Assembly (NCBI RefSeq): GCF_018350175.1
Contig: NC_058368.1
Coordinates: 227,294,001 to 227,354,000, forward strand
Direction: 5' to 3'
DNA length: 60,000 nt
DNA from: Felis catus
Lineage: Eukaryota
Shown here piece by piece: positions 26,941 to 40,612 of the stretch. Each line of letters starts with the position of its first letter. The stretch's first letter is position 1. Made by a program: the position numbers and the translations under genes. The notes under the pieces were generated by a model. It saw nothing but the letters and a program-made list of their open reading frames with translations. It was not told where the DNA came from and ran no database searches.

Positions 26941-27730
26941 ACACCAGCTTTCGTGATCAGGAAGTCCCCCAAATACACGGGATTCCAAGCGAAGATAAGG
27001 TATCTGTGTGTGTAAACAAGCAGCTATTGGTACATCGGATGCCAGTGAATAAATCTGTGAATTTTTCTACTTCTATCTATACATCCTTCCAAATTCCTGT
27101 GGGATTTTTTTTTTTTTTTTTTTTGGTGTTTTGAAAAAATCAGTGTCTCGATAGATGTGCACACAGCTTCTCCAGGAGGACCGGACGCATACACGAGACA
27201 TATAATATGCGCACCGGTTTTCTCCCTGAGGCTTGGGGAAGCTCTTCGGAGGCCCCGTCACACCTTTCTGTCTGTGGCCTCCAGTGCCAAATGCGGACGG
27301 TGCTCACTCCGTCCGTCGGCCGTCTTGCTAACTCAGAAGTGTCAGTTACCCCCGCTCTGCAGTGAGCACACAGGAAGAGAAATCCATGTTTTTAGCCTTC
27401 TGGCCCAGAACGTCCAATACGTTTGTAGATGCCAACCAAATGTTGGAGATGCCGGCAGGGAAAGATTTGAAGCCACACGTGTGTGCACTGCAAAAATCCT
27501 CTGAGGCCTCAGCTCTAGAAGGATGCTCGGGGCTCTCTTCTGATGGGCACAGCTACCCAGACGGAGGACACATGCGTAGCTACCCAGGCAGTCCTTCACC
27601 AGATGCTCCAGCCCCTGCTACATAGCGGGCTCTACCACAATGAAATAAACACGCAAAGCCGCCTTTTTCGATGGAATGTATCATCTCCTAGAGCAGACAG
27701 GCAGTAAACGTATACTGTGGTGTTGGGCAG

Positions 27731-28438
27731 TGGGTTCGTTTTCTGTGGCAGCTGTAAGAAATTGTCCCGAACCTGATGGCTTAGGAACAACAGAAATGTA
27801 GGGGCGCCTGGGTGGCTCAGTCAGTTAAGCGTCTGACTCCGGCTCAGGTCATGATCTCACAGTTCACAGGTTTGAGCCCCACGTGGGGCTCTGTGCTCGC
27901 AGCTCAGAGCCTGGAGCCTGCTTCCGATTCCGTGTCTCCCTCTCTCTCTGCCCCTCCCCTACTCTCTCTCTCTCTCTCTCTCAAAACTAAATAAAATTTT
28001 TTTAAAAAAGAAAACAGAAATGTACTCTCTCATAGTTTCGGAGGCCAGAAGTCTCCAGAGGCCAGAAATTCAGTTGACTGGGCTGCTGTCAGGGTGTCTG
28101 TTCTCCAGCCTCGCTCCCTCCCGTGGCTTCAGAGAACCTGTCCCTCGCCTTTTCCAGCCCTTGGTGGCTGCCACGTTCCTCGGCCGCATCACTCCCGCCT
28201 CTGTCTCTCTTCCTAGGACCACTTCCTCTCTGTGCCTGTGCGGGGTCTCCCTTTGCGTGGCTCTCACGTTAGGAGGACTCTGTGACGGTGTTCAGGGCCC
28301 CCCAGACGTCCCCAGATAATCATACCTCAAGATCCTTAATCTAATCATACCGGTTACTATATAAAGTGATGGTACTTGCGTGTCCCGGGGATTTGGGACT
28401 GAACAGGTCTTTGCAGGGCCATTACGTGACCTGCAGCA
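27731..28438 (-). mobile_element. MaLR LTR (MLT1-like), split by a SINE
   Basis: ggcttaggaacaacagaaatgta/ctctctcatagtttcggaggccagaagtc and ccagataatc...caagatccttaatctaatca motifs. Confidence 0.7.
27801..28012 (+). mobile_element. Can-SINE inserted into the LTR
   Basis: Perfect 12-bp TSD aacagaaatgta at 27789-27800 and 28013-28024. Confidence 0.93.
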
Positions 28439-30221
28439 GGCACTCACAGGTGCTTGGGAGAAAAATAAAAGGAAAGAGGGTGAGGGAGACTCCGCTTTGG
28501 ACGGGGCCGTCAGGGAAGGCCCCCCGAGGGAGCGCATTTCCCGTAGGCTTTCTGTTTCCTTCCTCTTTTCTGATTGTGCGGGGCAATTTCTGTTCCATTC
28601 TCCTTTCCGAATTCCTAGTACTATTTGATCTGACTCACCACTTTTCCACGGATTGTGAACGCTGTTTTCTTTAATGCATTGAATTCCTGCCCCCCTCGCC
28701 CCCCCCACCCAGTGACTCCAGGAGGACATGGTCACCCTCTCCCACGCGAGCAGCTAGCCTCCTTCTCCTTGCAGGTCAGAGTCCCATCCAGAAGGCTCTT
28801 CTTCGTCTTGGCCCCCGGCTTCCTGAGATAAGCCTTGTCTGGGAGGGATTAGGTTGGAGGCTAAGGAGACAAGGTGACTAAGTGACTAAGTCTGCAGAAA
28901 TCAGGATGGCATTGCAACACAACTGGATGCCTCCAGAGCCCTGAGTCCGATAGGAAAATATGTGCCATCGAGGGGCGGAGGCCGCTGCAGAATGTAAGGT
29001 GAAGGTATTTGGTATTTAAAGCATTTTAATTCTAAAGCCTCAGAGCTTCAGGCCTCCAGGACCCTCCCAGGAGGGAGGGAAAGCCAGAAGCAGCAGCAGC
29101 GAGAAGGACGCAGTCAGAACACTCCGCCCGCCGGGTTATTTTCTGAGACACACTGAGATAATCCGTTTCGGTGAGGTTCAGATAATCCTGAAATAACTCC
29201 TTATGCTGTTCTCACTGCATAAGTCCCCAGGAAGCACAAATCTCAAATATAGCAACAGGAACTCCGCTCCGCCTCCTCGTCCCCCACCCGGCCCCCGGCC
29301 GCAGCCGCAGCCCCCTCTGCGGGACCGGTTGCTCACCCCATCGGTATTGGGAGCGCCCCTAATCCCGGCCGGCACCCGGGCCCCGGCCACGTGCTGCTCT
29401 CGGGGCCTGAGGCGCTGCTGGCAGAACCACGGGCCTCGGACAGGGCGTCACGCTCTGGGCAGCGCGCCCCTTGTCCCCTCTTGCTGCCCTGGGGGGTAAC
29501 AGAGCGCATCCCCCCGTACACATCAAGAATTGCCAGTTCTGAATGCATCCCGCTCAGGGCCGCCTCCCGGGAGAGCCTGTCAGTCCTGAGGCCCTCGGCT
29601 GTGTTCTGGAAAGCTGCAGAATCCAAGCCGCTCAATAGTAAAAGCTCTCGTTCCACGGGACCTTGACCAGTCCCGTCTTCAGAGTTAAAAGTTTGGTTCA
29701 CGCGAGTGACCCAGTCTCACCTTCCTGCTGCTGAACTTGCCCAGGGGCTGTCTGTCGCTCAGCCATCGGGGCAGCGGACACTGCAGGCCTTATTCGGGCC
29801 ACGGTACCATGCTGACCCTGTGTCTCCAACAAGGACGGCCTGTTTGGGGCTTTGTTCTGCGGGGCCGCCCCACCCCCGCGCCCGGACACTGCCTGCTCAT
29901 TGTTCGCATTATCCGGGAGAAGAAAATGACCCTCTTGTGCATGGGGAGGACAGAAGGGACCGAAGGTAGAGAAACTGAATTCAGAACTTTCTCACTTGGC
30001 ACCTCTCAGAGTGTCCGTGGAGCGTGTACCGATGGAAAAGCCCTGGTGCGTCATAAGCGTCTTGGTGCGTCCGCTTTTTAAGCAAGTCATCACGCATTGC
30101 GGATTTGCGGGGTTCCTTGGTTTGTCTGGGGGAACTCAGAGGAGACTAAACCAGTTAAGACCAGTCCCCGAAACTCCACCTAAACCCTCATAAGAAAATG
30201 ACAGTATAAAAAGATTTTTCA

Positions 30222-30425
30222 GGGATGCCTGGGTGGCTCAGTCCGTCAAGCATGGACTCTCAGTTTTGGCTCAGATCATGATGTCACGGTTTCGTGAGTT
30301 CAAGCCCCGCGACGGGCTCTGCACTGACAGTACAGAGCCGGCTTGGGATTCTCCCCCCGCCCCCGCCCCGTGCTCTTCTCAGGCTCACGGGGAAAACATT
30401 TTTTTAATTAAAAAAACGTTTTAAA
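30222..30425 (+). mobile_element. Can-SINE
   Basis: gggatgcctgggtggctcagtc head, degenerate core and tail. Confidence 0.85.
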
Positions 30426-30429
30426 AATT

Positions 30430-30690
30430 AAAATTTTATTCCATCACAGTAAAATGCACCTACTGTAAAACTTAGCATCGTAACCGTTGATGGAGTTCAA
30501 AATTTTCAGGTTTTAAGGTTTTTAGGCACTTTTCAAGTTTTAGGTGTTAAAGTTCAGTACATTCAGTTGTGCAACCGTTCCCCCCCCCCCGCCCGCCCCA
30601 TCCATTTCCAGATCTCTTCATCTTGCAAAACTGAAACTCTGCACCTGTCAAACAACACTCCCCACCCCACCCCCACCCCCTGCCCCTGGC
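30430..30690 (-). mobile_element. Old L1 (L1MA/MB-like) 3' end fragment
   Basis: ccatttccagatctcttcatcttgcaaaactgaaactctgcacctgtcaaacaac typical of old L1 3'UTRs. Confidence 0.65.
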
Positions 30691-33616
30691 CCTGAGCAAG
30701 TTTCGGTTTGACTGTTAACCGTCAACGGAAAGTCAAGGCTGAGCGAAGCTCCGTTTGGAACTTTCTAAACACTCTTCAAGTCGGGTAAGGATAGGAGAGA
30801 ATTGAACATTGTGCAGCCAGAGGCAGCGCCCTCTGCAGGCTTGGTGCACGGCGCCCCCTGCTGGTGGGAGTGTGTGCTCCTTGCTGACAATGCAGTCTTC
30901 GCTCCCAAAGAAGCCCTGAGCGGTCCAACCAGGTGTATTTGGCAGTTTCCTTCCATCTAAGTGACAGCGGGGATGATTTAGTTCTCGTGTTCTTTTAAAA
31001 AGCCGACTGTGAAACCCACGTCTGAGAAACGTGAACTTTTTACCGCGGCTCCGAGAGGTGCATCTACTCCCTTAGGAACGTGCTTCTGGGTAAGACGTGT
31101 CACAGCAAGTCTGACTGTCAGCAGGCCACGCTGGGAATACCAGGGGTGACAGAAACACTCTGTGATGTGCTTTTCCGAGCTCCCCAGCTGCACGGAAAAC
31201 CAGGTTGTGTTTCTCTGTGTAACAGGTGCAGTTTACCCCACCTGTTTCTACCGAACTTTCTACCTGCCCGACCTTCCGGAGACGGCGCCCCGCGTCTCCT
31301 CGCTGTGTCTTACTGTAACGCTCAGGACTCTTACTCTCCTGTGACGGTCTCCTCCACGGAAGCGTCCCCTCCCTCCTCGGCGGCCCCCTCTTTGTCAGAG
31401 GACGGTCCCTCTGGCGATTCCTCCGGGCTTGCTCCCCGTCACCCTCTTTAACGCCGATGTCCAGAAATGGGGCTTCTTGGCCACTTTCGCACATTATGTC
31501 TGGCTTTAGGCATTTCCACTCTAGCAAAACGGCCTGTTTGTTTCCCTTCAGAACCGGGACTCCCCCGCTTCTAAGAGGCATCTCGATGGAAAGCTGGGTC
31601 ACGAACTGGTTTGCACTGGGAAGGCTCTTCGAAATGACCGAGTGTGGCCCAGGTGGCAGCCAGCGAGTGGGAGTGAGAAGCTGGGCCGGACGGGCTAGAC
31701 GGGCTTGTGGAGCGCACCTGGGCTCCAGGCTGCCGTGGCCTAATGCTCAGTCATATCACGCGGCATCCCTGCCTCTTCCTTCCTCACCTCTGTCCCCCAG
31801 AGTTTCCCTTTAATACTAACTGTAATTCCTCCAAATCGATCCTTCCTCCGCTCCCCCTGGCCCATGGCCGACTCCCCTGAACTGTTACGGTAGTTCCCCT
31901 GCTTCTGCTCTTGTTCCGCACCCCTAGTCTGTCCTCACACAGCATCAGAGACTGGAGGGCCTGTCAGCACGGTAATCTGACCATACCACCCCCCCCCCAC
32001 CTCCGGGGCGTGGCCCGGCGCCATGACTATGGCCCACAGAACCCTTGGTGAACTCCCCACCCCACCCCCTGCCATGTGCGTACAGCCAACTCTGTTTGAT
32101 GCTAAGAATCAAAAGCCCAAATGATGTTCCTTGGGTCTCCATCGGCTCTCACTAAAAACTCAGGCAAGATGGGCGTGTGTTATCTTGATAGTGTCCCGCT
32201 TTTTCTGACAGTGTCCCTCCACCCCCAAGTAAATCCAGTCAGTGTCAGTGTGCCTTCCGAATGGGGGGACACGGGACGCAGCTTCCCAGGACGCTGGTTA
32301 TGAAAACTGAGTTGCCAGCCGCCTTCTGAAAGTTGCCCTCCCTCGAAATCGGGACTTCTCACATCCCGATCATGGGCACACATCGACTGGATCTGGGAAG
32401 ACAGAAACAGGGGTCCTTTTAATGCTAAAATGTTCTTTAAAGAATACTCGTTCTTTGTGGAAACCAGGGAAAAGCACAAAGAAGAAAATAAAATCAATTC
32501 TAATCTTAACCACCTACAGATGACTCCTCTATTAACATTTTATCGAGGTCCCGGGAGACCTTTTAGGATGACGATGGCTAAGACTGATTGATCACATTGA
32601 CCATGCCAAGTACTGACGGGGTGCTTAGCGCATGTCACAGGCCCCCCCCAGCGTGGGGCCACAGATGTTCTGGTGGTCTGGTCGTCTACAGTGCGGTTAG
32701 GAGCTGGCCCCAGATTGTGAATCAACTTATTCTCCAAACTCACAGTCCAGAGCCAAGCTCAGAACCACCTCCTTGTACCCAGTATCGTTGAGGGTTAACC
32801 ACTGGCTTACCCACTGGAGACTTAAACCCGATTAAAAGGCTATTGACCCTTTCTTTCTAAGTAAAATCTCCAAACAAAAATAATGCCCAGGGCTGACAAT
32901 TTTAACCAAAAACAGCTGCATGAATTTTGCTTTTTCTAACTGCAGGGGATAAGAATCTCAGAGTTACTACTAATCCTGATTCTTCGGGGTAACGAAGACA
33001 GCTTTGTTTTGAGTTCCTCAAAAGCATGGTCAGCAGCTTCTGGAAATTAAGTCAAACCCAGAGCTCTTGGCAATGGAGCTCCACAGATTTCTTTGTGGAA
33101 CGGAATCCCCACAGGACACAGTGGAATCTCCCCAGGACATGCAGACACGGCTGCCCCAGTGTGGCTGGGTTTGTATGTTCTCGAGTTCAGATGCTGACAG
33201 AGACAACTGGCTGCTTCAAATCCCAATCCCGAATCCTTGTTCCCAGGGAGGGCAGGGACTAACTCTGCGTGACGAGGCGAGGCTTGGGAAGGACGCCCCT
33301 TCTGTGGTTCTAGTCACGTTGACTCAGACGATAGCATCGTAGACCCACGGGTGTTATTTCTGTGAGGCCTAGGGCTTCCTTCGTCTTTTGTGCATGCTGT
33401 CAGCCTGTTTGAGGATTCTAATATATGGCAGAACTTTGTCATAACGTAGATCATTGTTATATAGACTTAGAAACAAGAGGTTAAATGCTGCCCCCAACAC
33501 ACAACAACCACATACAGGTGAAGCCTTAGCTTAACAGGTTGCTTCTAAGGAGCCAAAGCATCATTAGAAACCATGACCATTCATGTTATAATTGTGAATA
33601 AAAGGACTGTGGCCCA

Positions 33617-33761
33617 GGGGCACGTGGGTGGCTCCATCGGTTGAGTGTCTGACTCTTGATTTCAGCTCAAGTCATGATCCCAGGGTCATGGGATCAAGCC
33701 CCACATCAGGCTCCTTGCTGAGCACGAAGCCTGCTTAAGATTCTCTGTGCCCCTCTCCCCA

Positions 33762-33808
<47 letters not shown>

Positions 33809-33822
33809 ATTTTTTTTTAAAA
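33617..33822 (+). mobile_element. Can-SINE with long (CT)n
   Basis: Head, gtcatgggatcaagccccacatcaggctcc core, (CT)n. Confidence 0.9.
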
Positions 33823-34214
33823 GGGGGCTGCAGCCCAAGGGTGGTTCATTTCTCAAGAGGCTAATACAATTAAAAGAAAAAGCCAGTAACCCTGAAGGTA
33901 GAACATTTGTCTGGAGTGGTCTGTGCTCAACTAGAGATGAATGTACCTTGAAACACAAATAAGTATTTTCAAAGTTCGCAATAGAAATGTCCTAGTCCAT
34001 GGTCTGGTCCTTAGAAGACTCCGTCTGTCAAATACAAGAAGAGCGGGTCATGGATCTTCTTTAATATCTTTTTAGCATTCGTTTAGATTTACAGAAGCTG
34101 TGTGAAGATAGCTCGGAGAGCCACCTCTCGCTCTGTCTAGCTCTACGAGGGCCCCTTTGACGCAGTTGTGAGTCGTGGAGCCAACACGACCGTGAGTTCA
34201 GCTCACAGCTCATT

Positions 34215-35060
34215 CCGATTTCGCCAGCTTTGTCCTCACCTCCTTCTCGTGTTCTAGGTCCCATCTGCGTGACCACATTACAGTCAGTCTCCTTTTCCCT
34301 CAGTCTCCTCTGGTCTGGAAGAGTTTCTCAAACTTTGTTTCTGTGGCCTTGAGAGTTTTGAGGAGGAATACTCACTAGGTATTGTGTGGCACGTCCTTCC
34401 ACGTGGGTTTGTCTGAGAGTTTTCGCTGTTAGACCGCACTTCCGGGTCTGGGGGGAGGAAGCCGACCTAGGCGAGGTCCCATTCTCCTCACATCGCATCA
34501 AGAATACAGGGTCTTCACTGAGTGTTGTATGGAAACCAATTTGACAATAAATTTCGTATCAAAAAAAAAAGAATACATGCTATTGATATGACTTAATCAC
34601 TGCTGGTGTTGACCTTGATCACCTGGCCAAGGTCGTGTTTGCCACGTCTCCACCGTAAGGGTCCTTCACCCCACTTTCTGCAACTGCTCTTTAGAAGGAA
34701 GTTTATGCGATCAACTTGAGGAGTAGCAGGTATGTGTCACCTCCCTGAGGCCTTATCCAAATACGTAAACTATTTGGACCTCTGTGTGGCCGATTTAGCC
34801 TTATTTGTTTATATCAGTATGGACGCATGGGTATTTATGGCATCCTGGGGGTCATAATTCAATTCTGTATTATTTTGGTGCTCACATTGTTCCAACTTTG
34901 GCAATTGGGAGCTCTTTCCACTGAGCTCCTATGTTCTTTGACATGTTACTCCAGGGTGATCATCCCGTGTGTTTCCTGTCCGCATCTTAGAATAAGCCAC
35001 TTCTCTAAGAAGCCCGGTTCCTTTTATTGGAGAATAAATAGAAAAACCAAGATCTGGGCA
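34215..35060 (-). mobile_element. Old L1 (L1MC-like) 3' region fragments
   Basis: ctggtgttgaccttgatcacctggccaaggtcgtgtttgcca and tagaataagccacttctctaagaagccc motifs. Confidence 0.55.
34509..34568 (+). mobile_element. Extremely 5'-truncated felid L1 insertion
   Basis: cactgagtgttgtatggaaaccaatttgacaataaattt plus poly(A); TSD aagaataca at 34500-34508 and 34569-34577. Confidence 0.75.
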
Positions 35061-35424
35061 CCGAGTGGGTTGCTCTATTTTGCTGGCCGCTGCCTAATGA
35101 GATAATATTGACAGCCAGCTCTGCAGGAAAAAAAAAAAAAAAAAATTCAACCCTGCAGCTGCTCCAAGGAGAACAAATCATGTTCATTGTCAGTAGTTTA
35201 TTAGGTTTGTGTTCTGGTTTGGAAAAGTCAATGTCATTAGGCTCTGCAAATATTTGAGGAACACGGCCTCCATGGTCAACGGGGAGGGCGTGTTCCTAGG
35301 GAAGACTCCTCTGGCTGAACTCATTAGAATAACACTTTTCCTGAAATGGTCTTTGTTAGGTTAACTTGTGAAGCTTCTTGTTTTCTGAAACAGACTAGTC
35401 GGATCTGATCTGATTAGTACTCTT

Positions 35425-35451
35425 TTTTTTTTTAATTTTTATTTTATTTTT

Positions 35452-35485
<34 letters not shown>

Positions 35486-35663
35486 GACAGAGTGTGAGTG
35501 GGGGAGGGGCAGAGAGAGAGGGAGACACAGAATGCAAAGCAGGCTCCAGGCTCCCAGCTGTCCGCACAGACCCCGATGCAGGACTCGAACTCACGAACCG
35601 TGAGATCATGACCTGCGCTGAAGTGAGACGCCCAACCGACGGAGCCACCCAGGCAGGCACCCC
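35425..35663 (-). mobile_element. Can-SINE
   Basis: TSD tgatctgattagta(c/t)tctt on both sides. Confidence 0.93.
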
Positions 35664-37649
35664 ATGATCTGATTAGTATTCTTAAGGGAAGTTGACGTGC
35701 AGGTGCATATTGCAGCTTTTAACCACCACCATACCTACTTCTCAGTTGCACATATTCCCTTCTGGTCAGTGCAGGAGACAGTCGCCTTTTTAGGGACTTG
35801 CTGGAAGGCAAGGGGCATTTTCATACTGGAAGCAGGGCAGAGACAAAGGGCCGTATTTATAAACTTGGGCGGGGAGGGGGGAGGGGGGAAGAAGTAAGCA
35901 TCGAGATACGTAGTGTCCCTTCTCTTTGAATAGTTACCTGGGATTGCTGGAGCCCCAGACCAGACTTATAGCGTTCTTGTTCTAGAAGACCCAGTCTAGG
36001 CTCTACGTGTGTGGGACTGAACACACCCCGAAGAGGCGCCTCCTTGTGGCACGTGACCTTGATAGGGACATGTAAGATATGCTTGGCACAGGTAGATACC
36101 AGATGGAGACCAGAAGGGTTCAGTGATTCCAAGTAAATGCAGCGGAACTTTAGAAATGGAGTATGAAGCCACCCTCCAGGGAGGCTCTATTAGAGATCCA
36201 CCAGACCTGCACATTTGGTTTCCAAGGGACCAGAACTGCGGCCACTCGTCCAAGCACTTGATAGTTACGTAAGTGTCTCGTGTGACTTGTCCCTGTCGCT
36301 GTGTCCTCCGGACACAGATGGGTCTCCCTCCTTCAGAGGTTACTGATAATCTCCTCCAAGGCAGTAAAAAGCTGCCAGGTGAACATTATCCACGTGGAGA
36401 AGCAAGAGAGAGGAATTCCCCACCGCACACGCTCGCTTGCACCGGCCTCTCTGACGGACGATCACACCCTCCTTTCTCCTCGGTTTGTTGAAACTTAAAG
36501 ACCACCTTCCAGTGACTTACAAAACAGAGAGGTTGGCTTTCTCTCACATTCAGATAACCACCATCACATCAATACAGCATACCAGCGATTCTCCCGAAAG
36601 CTTAAGTTCTTCGGAGAACATGCCCTGGTTATCTCCCTCCAACCTTTAAGCGAGACCCAGGATGGCTTACCCTCCATATGCCCTAAGGCACAAAGCAAGT
36701 CCAGACTTGGGGGCGATGCTTATTTCATCTTCATACTTTACAGCCTCACTGTACTGGAAGGTGTTTGGAAGGGCAAATGTCCCCCCTCTTCCTCAGGGAA
36801 ATGAGTTGTGTCCCCATCCCGCGCTCGGTGTGGTTTTGAAGTTGTAATTGCGTGAACTTGCTCCCCACCGCCTCCCCAGAGCTCGCCCCCGAACTAGAGG
36901 TGTGAACCTCACCATTTCAGGCTGGCGGCTTTGCAGTGGGAAAAGATGACACGGCCAGTTGTCCAGGCCGCTGGGTAATGAAGTCTCTGAGCTCTGAGTT
37001 ACTGGAATTAAGGAAGTATTTTTCCCTTCATGTCAAAAGACGGGGTGTGAGTGCTGACAGCAGGCAGTAGGGTTAAGTGATTGTACACCTGTCAGTTTTG
37101 AAAAGCGATGGAATATTCTTTCCAGACGCTGGAGATCACATGGTGAAACAAAGGCTTCATCACTTTTATAAGGTGAGACATTTTTAGAATAGATCTTCCA
37201 GGGTATTTGAGAAAACATTTCAACATGACATGGTTAATGGGACCAGCCTAATTCCATGAAACTCAATTTACCCAAAGCCTGAAGGATCTTATATTCTGAC
37301 ATCTCAGCGTTCTGCCTTTACATGATGGTGATTCATTTTATAATGTATTCACCTTCCTTTTAAAGAGGAATCACTTGCACCTTAAGAAAGGGAGAGAAAT
37401 ATTGGATGCAATTGGCAGGTCTTTAGCATTCTCTGCCAAAGTTACCTCGTTACATCTTTTAATTCAGGGTTTGTTAATCAATTACACACACACAAAGTTT
37501 TAAAAAGTCGGTTCTCTGGGGATTGTTACCGACGATAGCCGTTCCCCTAGGCTGCCCACTCCCCACTTTTCATACTCCAGGCCCCAGGCCCCGCAGCTCT
37601 GTAGATGGGCTCCGACTATGGCAAACTCTGACCGCTGAGCCTCATTCCT

Positions 37650-38618
37650 TCCATTTCTTGAAAAAAAATCGTAGTTTTTCCTGGACCTCATCACTGTCCT
37701 ATTTATCATTTTTCTCAGCTTTCTGTGTATTTGCCACTAACTTATTCCCCCATTTTCCCTTCATTGCAGAAACCCCATCATGTGTTCAGACCATTGTACA
37801 TACCCTATTCCGACCAGCTCCGGGGCAGATCACCTGACCCGTGGGCCTGTCTCGGCCCTCCCGGGATCTCTCCTTACCCCTCTCAGGGATTCCCCGCGCC
37901 TTTTTCCTGAGATCGATCCTGTGTCTTTCTTTTTCTTCATCCGTGACTCCCTTGCTTTGCAGAGTAAACCCCCAAAGCCTTCTCGAAAAAGTATGCATGG
38001 GAAGGAATTCCTTTGAGGCCTTGAACGCACGAAGATGTCTTTCTTCCAACACACTGGATTGATCGTTCGATTCTGAGTTCTAGGACAGAAACCAGTTTCC
38101 CTCCTAACGCAGTGCCCTATGTCTTCTAACTCCTGGTGCTAGCTTTCTACAGTCTACAGTCTACAGCTGGAAGCTCCTAGAATCTTGTCTCTGCCTCCAG
38201 CATCGTTGATGCCGTGCCCAGTGGGTCTTTCTTCATCCGCTAGGCTACATCCTCACGATGGACCCTAGGACAGTCTTAAAAGTCTCAGCTTTCAGCTTCC
38301 AGACTTTCACTGTTCGTCTTCCTGGGACTCCTGTTATTTGAGTGTTCGGCGTCCCAGACTCGTCCTTTATTTCTGTTCTTTGAATCCATTCTCGTTGTCC
38401 GGCTCCATCTTTGTTGTAGATTTCTTCAACTTTCTCTTACTGTGACTGTGTGAATTTCTTATTTCTGATTTAATCTTTTTTATTTTTCAGAAGTACTGTC
38501 TTGTTCTTCGTCCTTTTAAAATAACATTTCCATTTGGTCCCTGTTTCATGGATGTAGTTAGTATCTTCTCCCATCACTCTGGGAATATCAATGGGGGAAA
38601 GTTCCTTCCCCCCCACCC

Positions 38619-38685
<67 letters not shown>

Positions 38686-38850
38686 ACTGTGTACCTGTGC
38701 ATGTATGCCCACACACCTGTCCATCTTTCTGTCTCTGCACTGTCTGTGTTTCCTTCAAAAATTTTTTCCCTTTGTTTTAGCCTCTTCAGCTCTAAGGCCT
38801 TCCTCGAAGTCTGGTGATCCCTGGCTGTCTCCTCATCTGTACGGATGGGC
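37650..38850 (-). mobile_element. Ancient L1M/HAL1-like relic
   Basis: T/C-rich strand with gagttctaggacagaaaccagtttccctc and ctgtttcatggatgtagt motifs reminiscent of antisense HAL1/L1ME. Confidence 0.4.
38622..38684. repeat. Compound (CT)23(GT)8 microsatellite
   Basis: Read directly. Confidence 0.93.
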
Positions 38851-39352
38851 ATCAGAAGCCGACTGACAACCGTGCATGTGTGGGGGTGGCCTGTCCCCTG
38901 TGTGGGCCTTGCTGGTGGCTGGAGGGGTGGGGATGGGGGCGGGGCCTCATCAGGAGCCTCTAGTCTCAGGAACCCTGGTCTCCTCCGTGGGAGGGATGCA
39001 GCTGGTTTTTCCTGTGTTGCAGGAACTGAGCAGAGGAAGAAGACAGGACCTTCAGGGTCGTCCTCCCTTAACCCCCCTCTTTCCTGGGCAGCACCTGCCC
39101 TCCACTGTACCGACGTTATCCAGACATGAAAGTCCAGGGCCCTGCCAAGTTCAAGGGACACCGTCACGAGCTGTGCAAGAGCAACTGTGGACAAGTTGCT
39201 TACTAACTAGGCTTTTCAGCAGCCTGCTGTTGGCCCCGCTTTCACCCCCACTTCCAGAAGGGCCTGTCACCACATTTCCTGACCCGGGGGGGGAAAGGGA
39301 AGAGCTGCAGACAGCTCGCTTCTCCCCATCAGTTTAAGATCATGCCATTTTC

Positions 39353-39553
39353 AGGGCGCCTGGGCGGCTCAGTCCGTTGAGCATCTGACTCTTGATCCCG
39401 GCTCAGGTCATGATCCCAGGGTCGTGGAATCAAGCCCTGTGTCAGGCTCCCTGCTGAGCATGGAGTCTGCTTAGGGTTCTCTCTCTTTCCGCCTCTAGCC
39501 CCTCTCCCCGACTCTCGCTGTCTCTGTAATATTAAAAAAAAAAAAAAAAAAAG
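39353..39553 (+). mobile_element. Can-SINE
   Basis: TSD atgccattttc; long A tail. Confidence 0.9.
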
Positions 39554-39805
39554 ATGCCATTTTCTTGGGTCTGTTAAATCAGTTTACTGCTTGCCCACCT
39601 GCTCTCCAAAGGTGCACATTTTGTGGGAATTGTCTCTTATTCGCTCAACTCGACCTCGGAGAGCTCCAGAACCTATCATTAATTTAAGCGTCACTGTTTC
39701 CTTTTTCATTAGGTGTGCTGATTCAGTGTGGCTCTGTGCATGCAGAATATTCCAGATGCTTTCAGGTCACTTCTAACTCTTTGGTTAAAGCTATAAAAAA
39801 TCACA

Positions 39806-40029
39806 GGGGCGCCTGGGTGGCTCCGTCGGTGGAGCGTCCGACTTCGGCTCAGGGCATGATCTCGCGGTCTGTGAGTTCGAGCCCCGCGTCGGGCTCTGTG
39901 CTGACAGCTCGGAGCCTGGAGCCTGCTTCGGATTCTGGGTCTCCCCTCCCTCTGCCCCTCCCCTGCTCATGCTCTGTCTCTGTTTCAAAAATAAATTAAA
40001 ACATTAAAAAAAAGATTTTTTTTAAAAAC
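39806..40029 (+). mobile_element. Can-SINE (felid type)
   Basis: TSD ctataaaaa(a)tcaca. Confidence 0.93.
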
Positions 40030-40251
40030 CTATAAAAATCACAGTACTGAGCATGGTCACCCCGAACTGACCGAGCTGCTTAGCACAGTAGTTAAGCCGC
40101 TCACGAGAGCACACGGGTCTCCCTCACTAGCTGGGCTACCCACTCAGATGCATGCCACATCTGCCCACTGCTGGGCTCCCTCTGGGGCACTTGTGGCAAA
40201 TGGGCGGGGGCCCGTGTCTGAAGGTGAGAACAAAGGACGGCAGCGGTTTGA

Positions 40252-40518
<267 letters not shown>

Positions 40519-40612
40519 TGAAAGGAACATTCCGGTTTACCCTCATGCCCGATTCAGTCTTCCTTCTCGGGAAATGTCTGCAAGGACGTCCCAAACAGGA
40601 ACAAACCATTTT

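Noticed and set aside
30503..30545. Degenerate (TTTTAGG)-like repeats resembling telomeric sequence
   Set aside because: Not TTAGGG; short slippage inside an old L1 fragment.
33102..33143. Imperfect 21-bp tandem with NF-kB-like GGAATCCCC
   Set aside because: Neither copy matches GGGRNWYYCC fully; only two degenerate units.
35170..35190. agaaca-aatca-tgttca resembling a steroid response element or paired SOX site
   Set aside because: Spacer is 5 nt rather than the 3 nt of an ARE/GRE; SOX half-site spacing is also off; not distinguishable from chance.
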